Part shown: one piece after another, positions 41,394 to 49,234 of the stretch
Numbering within the stretch: position 1 is the first letter of the stretch
Layout of the letters: each line of letters opens with the position of its first letter
NCBI GenBank assembly: GCA_045635225.1
Contig: JAZRBV010000026.1
Coordinates: 71,360 to 135,359 of the forward strand
Reading direction: 5' to 3'
DNA: 64,000 nucleotides
Source of the DNA: Eubacteriales bacterium
GTDB taxonomy: Bacteria; Bacillota; Clostridia; Oscillospirales; CAG-272
Notes under the pieces: generated by a model
Seen by the model: only the letters and a program-made list of their open reading frames with translations
Databases searched by the model: none
What the model was told of the DNA's origin: nothing
Position numbers and translations under genes: made by a program

Positions 41394-41430
41394 AAAAAGC
41401 TCGGTATGCATAAGTATACCGAGCTTTTTG
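41394..41430. terminator. Bidirectional terminator between uppP and xpt
   Basis: AAAAAGCTCGGTAT...ATACCGAGCTTTTT. Confidence 0.85.
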
Positions 41431-41440
41431 TTATCTTGTT

Positions 41441-42025
41441 TTAATCCTGAACGAAAACTATACCGTTCTCGTCCATGCGTTCGATCCTTGCGAGAGATTC
41501 TATTCTGTATCCGAGCGCTCTTATATCCTTGCCGCCGTTCTGGTATGCTTTCTCGATTGCAACACCCGCACCTACGACGGTAGCGCCGCCCATTTCAGCT
41601 AGATTGATCAGCACCTTCAGCGCGCTTCCGTGAGCTAGGAAATCGTCGATCAGTAGTATCCTGTCATCCGGAGATATGAGCTCCTTTGAGATGAGCACCT
41701 CGTATGACTGACCGTGAGTGTAAGAAACTACCTTAGTAGAATATGCGTCCTTGTTATGATTTGCGCCTCTGGTTTTCTTTGCGTAAACGACCGGTACGTC
41801 GAAATACTGAGCGGTGAGGCAGGCAATTCCTATTCCTGACGACTCTATTGTGAGTATCTTCGTGACTCCCTCGTCCTTGAAGAGCTCGTACCACGCCTTT
41901 CCGCACTCGGAAACGAGCTTTACGTCTATCTGGTGATTGAGGAAGGTATCTACCTTGAGCACACTCCCGGCAATTACGCGACCCTCGCTTTTGATCTTTT
42001 CCTCTAAAAATTTCATTTTTGTCAC
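41441..42025 (-). CDS. xpt: Xanthine phosphoribosyltransferase
   Basis: LEEKI..EG.V....LKVD.FLNHQ.D, and the PRPP motif LLIDDFLA.G. Confidence 0.92.
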   Translation of the reverse strand: MTKMKFLEEKIKSEGRVIAGSVLKVDTFLNHQIDVKLVSECGKAWYELFKDEGVTKILTIESSGIGIACLTAQYFDVPVVYAKKTRGANHNKDAYSTKVVSYTHGQSYEVLISKELISPDDRILLIDDFLAHGSALKVLINLAEMGGATVVGAGVAIEKAYQNGGKDIRALGYRIESLARIERMDENGIVFVQD

Positions 42026-42029
42026 CGCC

Positions 42030-42710
42030 TTAGTTATAGTCGTTAATTTTGTCCCACTCGATCGGAGTCAGTCCGTGAGAGGAAAGAAACGTATTGGTAT
42101 CAATAAAGTGGTTGCAACCGAAAAATCCGGCGTAAGCTGATAGCGGACTGGGATGAGGAGATTCGAGTACGAGGTGCTTATGGTTTGCGATAAGCTGTTT
42201 TTTCGATCTTGCGTTACCGCCCCAAAGTATGAATACGATCGGCTCGTCCTTTTCGTTGAGCTTTTCTATGATCCTATCAGTAAGTATCTCCCAACCGTGT
42301 CCTTTGTGGCTTTGAGGTTGTCCCTCACGAACCGTTAGCGTTGTGTTGAGAAGCAATACGCCCTGCTTGGCCCAGCCTATAAGCTCTCCGGACGCCGGCT
42401 CGGGTATACCAAGCTCTGTTTGTAGCTCTTTGAATATGTTCTTCAGCGAAGGAGGAAATTTTACACCGGCCTTTACGGAAAAACAGAGACCGTGAGCCTG
42501 TCCATAGCCGTGGTAGGGATCCTGACCGAGAATGACGACGCGCGTATTCTTGTATGTGGTGTAACGCAGTGCGTTGAATATATCATTCATCGGTGGATAT
42601 ATTTTGCGGGAAAAATATTCAGATTTAAGAAATTCTCTCAGCTCCAGATAATAGTCTGAGGTGAATTCATCTGAGAGAACTGAATCCCAATCGTTATTTA
42701 AAAGAACCAT
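42030..42710 (-). CDS. ung: Uracil-DNA glycosylase (family 1)
   Basis: GQDPYHG.GQAHGL.FSV and HPSPLSA motifs. Confidence 0.95.
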   Translation of the reverse strand: MVLLNNDWDSVLSDEFTSDYYLELREFLKSEYFSRKIYPPMNDIFNALRYTTYKNTRVVILGQDPYHGYGQAHGLCFSVKAGVKFPPSLKNIFKELQTELGIPEPASGELIGWAKQGVLLLNTTLTVREGQPQSHKGHGWEILTDRIIEKLNEKDEPIVFILWGGNARSKKQLIANHKHLVLESPHPSPLSAYAGFFGCNHFIDTNTFLSSHGLTPIEWDKINDYN

Positions 42711-42797
42711 ACGCTTAACCTCTTTTCCTTATTATTTTATCATAATAAGCAGAGAAATGCAACATAGTGTAAAATCTTTTTTTAACTTTTAGCAAAT

Positions 42798-43640
42798 TTA
42801 AGGTCTGCAGCGATATTCATTCGGAGAAACACCCATACGTTTGCTGAAAATGCGACTGAAAAAGTGAGGATCGGCATATCCGACTGCCATGCCTATCTCT
42901 TTGACCGATAGGTCTGTCGAGCGCAGAAGCTCAGCGGCAGACGTGATGCGAAGCTCGGTTATATAAGAATATGGCGACGTCGACGTTACCGAGCGGAACA
43001 CGGCGTTGTATCTCGACTCGCTGAGATTTTCCATTTTTGCGAGCTCTGCGATCCGTATATCCGAGCTGTAATTTGCATTGATATACGTGAGAGAGCGTGT
43101 CAGTTTCTGCTCAGCCGGTGCCCGCATCTGCTTAGCCAGAGATAGTAGCAGTCTTGCGAGATGCAGTGATAACTCCGCCTCTTTAAAATCCTCGGGGCCG
43201 CGTGCGACGTCGAGCATATTGAGAAATTTCAGCCGGATACCGTGATCGTCCCTGATGCGGTTTATGTCGGGATAGCAATGGATGCCGTATTCCGCGAGAG
43301 TATTCTCGACCGACGAGCCGGTGAAGTGCACCCATAAATAATCTATCGTTTTGCCCGCCTCGTGCGAGTACTTGTATTTCGTTCCCGGAGGGAATATAAT
43401 GAAGCTTCCGGCAGTACACGTCATACTGCCATCGGATAATCCGACGTGTAGCTCACCCGAGTGCACGAAGAGCAGATAATAGTCGGATCGTCCAACTTGA
43501 TTATGAGTATTGAAGCGAGCATCCGTCACAAAATTTCCCATACAGTTAAGCAAAAACGGACGGACGTACGACTCGCGCGAACAAGCATTTAAGGCATAGT
43601 GTGAATCATCCTTGAACGCGTAGTAGGAATTTATACGCAT
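42798..43640 (-). CDS. AraC-family transcriptional regulator (cupin N-domain + HTH_18)
   Basis: The C-terminus (...GY.DP.FFSR.F.K..G.SP.EYR) is typical of AraC/XylS. Confidence 0.88.
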   Translation of the reverse strand: MRINSYYAFKDDSHYALNACSRESYVRPFLLNCMGNFVTDARFNTHNQVGRSDYYLLFVHSGELHVGLSDGSMTCTAGSFIIFPPGTKYKYSHEAGKTIDYLWVHFTGSSVENTLAEYGIHCYPDINRIRDDHGIRLKFLNMLDVARGPEDFKEAELSLHLARLLLSLAKQMRAPAEQKLTRSLTYINANYSSDIRIAELAKMENLSESRYNAVFRSVTSTSPYSYITELRITSAAELLRSTDLSVKEIGMAVGYADPHFFSRIFSKRMGVSPNEYRCRP

Positions 43641-43712
43641 ATTCGACCTCCGACAGTTGTAAAGTCCACTAATATTCTATCACAAATTTTCGCTGTTGTC
43701 AATCCGCGTAAA

Positions 43713-43742
43713 CAAAAAGGCAAGCAGTTGTTACTGCTTGCC
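43713..43742 (-). terminator. Rho-independent terminator after the 43750-44280 gene
   Basis: GGCAAGCAG/CTGCTTGCC stem, followed on the minus strand by TTTTTGTTT. Confidence 0.75.
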
Positions 43743-43749
43743 GAGAGTT

Positions 43750-44280
43750 TTAGTCAGATACCTTGATGACCACAGTGTTTTCGTTGTAGTAGCGCAGCAT
43801 TTTGATAGCCGCATTCGTGACCTCACAATAAAATGCGCATCTTTTTCCGTCTGCATTTTCATATAGGCATACGTAGACGTCCTCGCTCAAAGCAGAGGAT
43901 ACGGCACTGTATTCGAGTTCGGGTGCGAAATCCTTTACCTTATGCTCATTATCCTTGAGCGGTGCTATGAGCTTTGCGGTCTTGATCCTGAATTCCGTGA
44001 GGATCCGCGGTTTTGTATTTCCGTATTTTCTCGTAAACGTGAGTGTGCCGGATTCAATAACATATTTGTTGTCGATCTTAACGTATCTCCAGGTGAAGAA
44101 GATAAGCATCCAGACGAATATCGGAACTATGGCACCTAGCGGATATATCTTGCTTGCAAAAATTGCGCTGAATGCTCCTACTGTAAATGCAACGTAGAGC
44201 AGAAGCAGCATATTTCTGCGCACCTTAAGCTTTCCCTCGATCCTTGCTTCCTTGCCGTATTCGTACGAATTGAATTCCAT
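43750..44280 (-). CDS. Hypothetical membrane protein (two TM segments)
   Basis: GGAGG lies 8 nt before the ATG at 44280 (MEFNSYEYGK). No family recognised. Confidence 0.55.
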   Translation of the reverse strand: MEFNSYEYGKEARIEGKLKVRRNMLLLLYVAFTVGAFSAIFASKIYPLGAIVPIFVWMLIFFTWRYVKIDNKYVIESGTLTFTRKYGNTKPRILTEFRIKTAKLIAPLKDNEHKVKDFAPELEYSAVSSALSEDVYVCLYENADGKRCAFYCEVTNAAIKMLRYYNENTVVIKVSD

Positions 44281-44360
44281 AAAGCAATCCTCCAAATCAA
44301 ATTATAATGTTATTATATATTTGAAAAGAAGGTTTGTCAAGGGTAAATTGTAATTTTAAT

Positions 44361-45293
44361 TCAGAATATGCTCTCAATGACACGCTTCGATACCGATGGT
44401 GAATATTTCCATGAATCGATATGGGTAACGGTTTCTGTGTCGATAAAGTAGGGAAGCGGCTCGCGGTAGAGCGGCGCGTCACTCGAATCTATAATTATGA
44501 GCTTGATTTTCATTTTCTCGGGAATAATGCTCTTTATGTATACCGCGGCGGTCTGCCCGACGGTAACGTCGTCCCGATATTCCGCAAGCCCAGCCAGGTT
44601 AGGCTTCAGCTCAACGAATACTCCGTAGCTTTCAACGCTTCTTACTATCCCCCTTACGGTCTCGCCCTCGGAGAAGAGTGCGGCATTCTCCTCCCAACTG
44701 CCGAGCAGCTCACGCTCGGAAACGTAGACACGCCCCTTGTCATCTATTGATTTGACCACCGAATATATCATATCGCCGACGACGAGCCGAGCCGACGGAT
44801 GCGATATCCTTGAGACGGAGATGCAGTCGATCGTCAGTAGCGATGCGATTCCGCAGCCGATATCAACGAATGCGCCGAAATTCTCAAGATGCGTTATCTT
44901 TGCAGGGATTATGTCGCCGGGTATAAGTGTAGATACGTAATAATTCATGCATTGCCGCTGCGCCGACCTACGGGAGAGCAGAACGATGACCTCGCTGCCG
45001 TTTTGCTCAAATCCCGTAACGGTGAAGCACACGACCTTTCCAACTCTTGTGAGAATAGCGATATCCTTCGTCACCTCGCCGTCGCGGGAGAGCTGTACCT
45101 CGTCGCGAGGTATGATGCCGTGTATACCTCCACCGAGCTCGAGGTGAAGGTTAAAATTATGATCGCATAGCGATACGGGCGCCTCCAGAATCAATTGCTT
45201 CTCGAGTGCGTATCCGAGTCCCTCTATAGAGGATGTGTATTCGTGATTTTCCTTGGTGGATATCAACGTGCCCTCGGGCCTGTAAGTGTTCAT
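44361..45293 (-). CDS. S1 RNA-binding domain protein (multiple S1-like repeats)
   Basis: Repeats such as PGDIIPAKITHLENFGAFVDIG and GETVRGIVRSVESYGVFVEL are typical S1 motifs. Confidence 0.75.
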   Translation of the reverse strand: MNTYRPEGTLISTKENHEYTSSIEGLGYALEKQLILEAPVSLCDHNFNLHLELGGGIHGIIPRDEVQLSRDGEVTKDIAILTRVGKVVCFTVTGFEQNGSEVIVLLSRRSAQRQCMNYYVSTLIPGDIIPAKITHLENFGAFVDIGCGIASLLTIDCISVSRISHPSARLVVGDMIYSVVKSIDDKGRVYVSERELLGSWEENAALFSEGETVRGIVRSVESYGVFVELKPNLAGLAEYRDDVTVGQTAAVYIKSIIPEKMKIKLIIIDSSDAPLYREPLPYFIDTETVTHIDSWKYSPSVSKRVIESIF

Positions 45294-45391
45294 TTTTTCT
45301 GCCTTTCCTAACTTCTTTATCTGACGTACGATCTCTATCGGAGCGTGTCGGTCGATTACTAGATATTATGACGTGAGGCAGAAAAATATAA

Positions 45392-45754
45392 CTACTGCTC
45401 TTCTGAATTCTCTGTCAGTCCGAAGCTTATCTCGATCGCGCTGTTGACGCTGAGCATGGTAGCATCGCTTAGGTGACCCATTTTTTCCTTCAGCCTCTTT
45501 TTATCTATCGTGCGAATCTGCTCGAGCAGGATAATACTGTCCTTAGCAAGTCCGGCATCAGAGGAGGGAACGTCTATGTGCGTAGGAAGCTTTGCCTTAC
45601 TTATCTTCGACGTAATGGCTGCCGCTATCACGGTAGGACTGTATTTGTTACCGACGTTATTCTGTACTATAAGAACCGGCCTGAGTCCGCCTTGCTCACT
45701 GCCGATTACTGGACTGAGATCAGCATAATAAATATCACCGCGTTTTATGTTCAT
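45392..45754 (-). CDS. mazF: MazF/PemK-family endoribonuclease toxin (EndoA/NdoA-like)
   Basis: [56 protein letters not shown]...[16 protein letters not shown] aligns nearly residue for residue with B. subtilis EndoA as I recall it. Confidence 0.92.
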   Translation of the reverse strand: MNIKRGDIYYADLSPVIGSEQGGLRPVLIVQNNVGNKYSPTVIAAAITSKISKAKLPTHIDVPSSDAGLAKDSIILLEQIRTIDKKRLKEKMGHLSDATMLSVNSAIEISFGLTENSEEQ

Positions 45755-45925
45755 TTTCTCATCTATTTCCGCACAGGAAATTTTTGTGTCTCCCTTCGTT
45801 TTATATTACTATTCTGTCTTGATTTTAATATTTTAAACATCCGGTAGGATAAATATCTCTACGATATCATTCTATGATAAATTGTCGATATTTGTGTAGC
45901 AGCGGTAGATCTTCAAAATCGCATG

Positions 45926-45954
45926 AAAAATCGCGGCAGAATATCTGCCGCGAT
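45926..45954 (-). terminator. Rho-independent terminator after the DUF378 gene
   Basis: ATCGCGGCAG/CTGCCGCGAT stem with a T-run on the minus strand. Confidence 0.75.
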
Positions 45955-45971
45955 CCAAAGCATTGCTTTGA

Positions 45972-46196
45972 TCAGGCACCCATATGGGTGTGTGCCATCT
46001 CGTCCTCGTTCATGAATAGCAAAGAGATGCACCAAATACCGGCAAGAGCTATAAGAACGTATATTATTCTCGCCACTACGGTACCTGCGCCACCGCAAAT
46101 CCACGCAACAAGGTCGAAGGCGAAGAGACCGACAAGTCCCCAGTTGAGCGCACCGATTATTGTAAGCACGAGCGCTATCTTGTTAACTATCATCAT
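45972..46196 (-). CDS. DUF378-family small membrane protein
   Basis: IALVLTIIGALNWGLVGLF.FDLVA is characteristic of DUF378. The start is uncertain (46196 or 46193). Confidence 0.7.
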   Translation of the reverse strand: MMIVNKIALVLTIIGALNWGLVGLFAFDLVAWICGGAGTVVARIIYVLIALAGIWCISLLFMNEDEMAHTHMGA

Positions 46197-46379
46197 AATT
46201 ATTATGACCTTGCCTTCCTTTGCAGACGATCTGTTTCGAAGTTCTGTACCGTAATGGCGCAAAACTCGATATCCTCGCGGATATTGATCCTGCCTTGAGA
46301 CGGATTATATCCGTCGACCGAACCTTTCGTGCGGTCTGTTATTATTGTGTCACGTATTTTCAAATCTATACAAAATTTT

Positions 46380-47078
46380 TTAATCGTCGAATATTGGACC
46401 GCTGACGTCAAATTTTGAGCGCAGCTTTTCGAGAGCATGCTTTTCTATTCTCGATACGTAGGAGCGCGATATACCAAGGTGAGATGCGACCTCCCGCTGA
46501 GTTTTAGGCTGATAACCGCACAGACCGTACCGTAGCACTATTATATCGCGCTCGCGACTTTCTAGCTCGGTATTGATCAGTCGGGTGAGGTGTTCGGTAT
46601 ATCCTTTGATATCGAGCTCGCCCTCGATATTCTCCTCGGTGCTTATTATGTCAAGATAGGTCAGCGGATTGCCATCCTTATCTATATCAATGGTATCGTT
46701 GATCGAGACCTCCAGTCCGTTTTTCTTTTTACTTCTGAAGAACATAAGTATTTCGTTTTGCACGCATCTCGCACCGTAGGTTGCAAATCGAGTTCCGTAG
46801 CCCGCATTAAAGGTATCAACCGCCTTTATGAGACCGAGACAGCCGATAGACAGAAGCTCGTCTTGATTCTCGTATGAGGCGTAGTACTTCTTTATTATGT
46901 GGGAAACAAGGCGCAGATTGTGTTCAATTATTTTATCGCGCGCCGCTCTACTTCCTTTCTTTTTTTCTTCAAATAGCTCGCTCTCCTCACTTTTTGTGAG
47001 CGGAGGAGGAAAGCTGCCCTGGTCCTCGAGACCGAGTATCAGCGCTACAAATCGCAGCAGAAGCCGGCAGATGTTCAT
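46380..47078 (-). CDS. sigK: Sporulation sigma factor K (pro-sigma-K), uninterrupted
   Basis: Pro-sequence, then ..SFPPPLT..EE, IEHNLRLVSHIIKKY, GCLGLIKAVDTF, ATYGARCVQNEILMF and ISRSYVSRIEK.AL.KL. The start is set at the ATG with GAGG 7 nt upstream. The track ORF extension to 47120 runs into the upstream terminator. Confidence 0.9.
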   Translation of the reverse strand: MNICRLLLRFVALILGLEDQGSFPPPLTKSEESELFEEKKKGSRAARDKIIEHNLRLVSHIIKKYYASYENQDELLSIGCLGLIKAVDTFNAGYGTRFATYGARCVQNEILMFFRSKKKNGLEVSINDTIDIDKDGNPLTYLDIISTEENIEGELDIKGYTEHLTRLINTELESRERDIIVLRYGLCGYQPKTQREVASHLGISRSYVSRIEKHALEKLRSKFDVSGPIFDD

Positions 47079-47107
47079 ATGCATACCTCGTATGTAGGTT
47101 TTCCGCA

Positions 47108-47143
47108 AATAAAAGGGCACGCAAGAACACGTCTTGCGTGCCC
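47108..47143 (-). terminator. Rho-independent terminator after the 47171-47872 gene
   Basis: GGGCACGCAAGA/TCTTGCGTGCCC 12-bp stem with a T-run on the minus strand. Confidence 0.8.
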
Positions 47144-47170
47144 AGACCGATGCGGCTAGGTAATTATATG

Positions 47171-47872
47171 TCAGCGTAGCTTGTATCTTGCAGTGTTTTC
47201 ATCCGAAATTTCCTCGTACTTAACGTGAGGAAAATCAAATTTGTAGCCCTCGCCCGCAACCATACGTATCGCCAGCTCCTCACCCGCACTGCGCAGCTTT
47301 TTGTTTATTATGGAAATATGAGTTCTGACGCTCGATGCCTCGGGTAAGCGAGAGGACTTATAAGCGAATTTTAATAGAGTTTTTACCGGCACAGGGTAAG
47401 GATACGTCGCGATAAGCGTACGAATTATCATTGCTTCGGTTTTGGTGAAGGGAAATGCTCTGTTGAAATATGTTATAAATCTCTTGTAGTAGTTAGCATC
47501 TATTCCCGCATAGCTATATTCACCGATAGGATGTATTCCTCGCTCATCCGCGTATTCGTTCATCCTGTCGGGTAACTCGGCGTTGATGCTCGAATAGTCG
47601 AAAACGCGGTCGAATATCTTATTATTAATAACGTCCTGTGAATCTGTCAGGGCGTATACAGCGATCCCCGGAGTATATGAGCGCAGGCGAGCAACGTAAT
47701 CTATCTTATCGGGAAGCTCATCAGGCTCGAGGATAAGAACGGCGTGATATAGTGTTGTTATTTCGCTCAGCGCCTCCATAGGGGTTGCGTGGTATGAGAG
47801 TACGGACAGAAAATGAAAAATATCGGAAACCGATGCGGCGCTTCGTCGCTTTGATGAAATGATCAGTATCAT
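47171..47872 (-). CDS. OmpR/PhoB-type winged-helix regulator with a degenerate receiver-like N-terminal domain
   Basis: The C-terminus (FTKTEAMIIRTL.....P......L...Y......ASSVRTHISIINKKL......I..V.GEGYKF) matches the Trans_reg_C pattern. The N-terminus (MILIISSK) lacks the acidic DD pair of canonical receivers. Confidence 0.65.
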   Translation of the reverse strand: MILIISSKRRSAASVSDIFHFLSVLSYHATPMEALSEITTLYHAVLILEPDELPDKIDYVARLRSYTPGIAVYALTDSQDVINNKIFDRVFDYSSINAELPDRMNEYADERGIHPIGEYSYAGIDANYYKRFITYFNRAFPFTKTEAMIIRTLIATYPYPVPVKTLLKFAYKSSRLPEASSVRTHISIINKKLRSAGEELAIRMVAGEGYKFDFPHVKYEEISDENTARYKLR

Positions 47873-48023
47873 AGCTGCTCCTTTACAATGCTAATATAAT
47901 TATACAATAAAATATATCGTAGGTCAAGACGGTTAGGCTTGACATAGTAAATAATATTTGATATAATAGGCTTGCTTGTAATATCCGTCGGTACGGCGGC
48001 TGAATAATAAGAGGTGATTATAA

Positions 48024-48740
48024 GTGAAAAACGTATTGATAACCGGCGGCTCGCGCGGAATTGGAAGGGAAATGGTCAGACTGTTTTCCGAAAATGGGTA
48101 TTCTGTAGCATTTACCTATAAGAGCTCGGATGACGCTGCAAGGGAGCTCGCGTTGGAAACCGGCGCAATTGCCATACGTGCCGACTCAGAGGATCCCACG
48201 GATATCGAGCGCGCGTTTAGCATGGCGAGAGATAAGATCGGCTCAATCGATTGTCTTATAAATAATGCTGCGGTCGCGGCTTTTTCTCTCTTTACCGATA
48301 TATCGCTCGATGAATGGCATAGAGTAATAAACATCGATCTTACTGCGGCATTCTTGTATTCGAAACTGGTAATTCCGGATATGATAAACAAAAAACAAGG
48401 CAGAATTATCAACGTTACTTCTATATGGGGGATGGTGGGATCATCCTGCGAGGTGCATTACTCAACCGCAAAGGCGGGACTAATTGGATTTACAAAGGCG
48501 CTTGCAAAGGAGCTTGGACCATCCGGTGTCACCGTAAACGCAATAGCACCGGGCGTTATCGATACAGATATGAACGCATCTTTGTCTGAGGACGTATTGC
48601 TTGGACTCGCCGAGGAAACGCCTCTATCGAGGCTTGGTGCTCCACGCGAGGTTGCTGAGGCGGCACTCTTTTTGGCGAGTGATGCCGCGTCCTTTATAAC
48701 CGGTGACGTTCTGAATGTGAGCGGCGGCTTTGTCGTATAA
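48024..48740 (+). CDS. Short-chain dehydrogenase/reductase (FabG-like 3-oxoacyl-ACP reductase family)
   Basis: TGGSRGIG, NNAA, and the S...Y..AK catalytic triad (YSTAKAG), plus PG.I.TDM. GTG start. Confidence 0.85.
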   Translation: MKNVLITGGSRGIGREMVRLFSENGYSVAFTYKSSDDAARELALETGAIAIRADSEDPTDIERAFSMARDKIGSIDCLINNAAVAAFSLFTDISLDEWHRVINIDLTAAFLYSKLVIPDMINKKQGRIINVTSIWGMVGSSCEVHYSTAKAGLIGFTKALAKELGPSGVTVNAIAPGVIDTDMNASLSEDVLLGLAEETPLSRLGAPREVAEAALFLASDAASFITGDVLNVSGGFVV

Positions 48741-48790
48741 GCTCACAAATCGGCGAAATCGTTAATTATCGGTTAATTTTCAAAAAGGTA

Positions 48791-48819
48791 TTGCTTTTTT
48801 AAAATATATATGATATAAT
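48791..48819 (+). promoter_or_regulatory. Sigma-A promoter of the SRP RNA gene
   Basis: TTGCTT, a 17-nt spacer, then TGaTATAAT (extended -10). Confidence 0.7.
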
Positions 48820-48825
48820 ATTTTG

Positions 48826-49150
48826 GCTATGAAAATAGCATTTCCGTGTGTCGAATGGAGTCATACCAGTCGGGGCAGTAGCGGCGCCTTGTACCTGAAA
48901 TCCGCTATAGCAGGGATTCATTCCTCCCCCGAGGGCTGCTCTTGTGTAGTCTGCACCGTCATTATCTGTGTTGAAGAATGGGTCTTGCGCAACGCGAGGC
49001 TGTGAACCATGTCAGGTGGGGAACCAAGCAGCATTAAGCGGTTTATCGGGTGTGCCGCGAGGTCGCCTGTTCGGAGCAGATGTGGCGGTTACCGTATGTA
49101 AGAGTATTTTCGACGGAGAGGTGTATGGCTCTTTTCGACACACGGAATTT
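48826..49150 (+). ncRNA. ffs: Signal recognition particle RNA, long Bacillus type (scRNA, with Alu domain)
   Basis: GGGGCAGTAGCGGCGCCTTGTACCTGAAATCCGCTATAGCAGGG and GAACCATGTCAGGTGGGGAACCAAGCAGCATTAAGCGG parallel the B. subtilis scRNA Alu and domain IV sequences. A terminal helix pairs CCGTGTGTCGAA (48844-48855) with TTCGACACACGG (49134-49145). It lies immediately upstream of dnaX, as in Bacillus. The ends are approximate. Confidence 0.9.
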
Positions 49151-49151
49151 T

Positions 49152-49198
49152 AGCGCGTATGCGGAGTATGCGAGTATACCGCTACGCGCTTTTCTTTT
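49152..49198 (+). terminator. Rho-independent terminator after SRP RNA
   Basis: AGCGCGTATGCGG...CCGCTACGCGCT stem followed by TTTTCTTTT. Confidence 0.75.
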
Positions 49199-49234
49199 AC
49201 CCGACTCGTATAAGCAAAAAGAGAGGAGATAATC

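Noticed and set aside
42026-42030. Purine riboswitch upstream of xpt
   Set aside because: xpt starts 4 nt after the ung stop codon. There is no room for a riboswitch, so xpt is probably co-transcribed with ung.
45755-45870. 25-codon ORF upstream of mazF as a candidate antitoxin
   Set aside because: It is far shorter than MazE/EndoAI-type antitoxins, is highly basic rather than acidic at its C-terminus, and has no RBS. It is retained only as a caveat in the orphan-toxin finding.
47079-47120. N-terminal extension of sigK (MPFYLRKTYIRGMH)
   Set aside because: The extension overlaps the stem of the upstream gene's terminator and lacks an RBS. The ATG at 47078 has GAGG at the proper distance.
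48823-49232. Three 60-61-aa plus-strand ORFs between the SDR gene and dnaX
   Set aside because: The region is the SRP RNA gene with its promoter and terminator. The ORFs are chance reading frames in a structured RNA.
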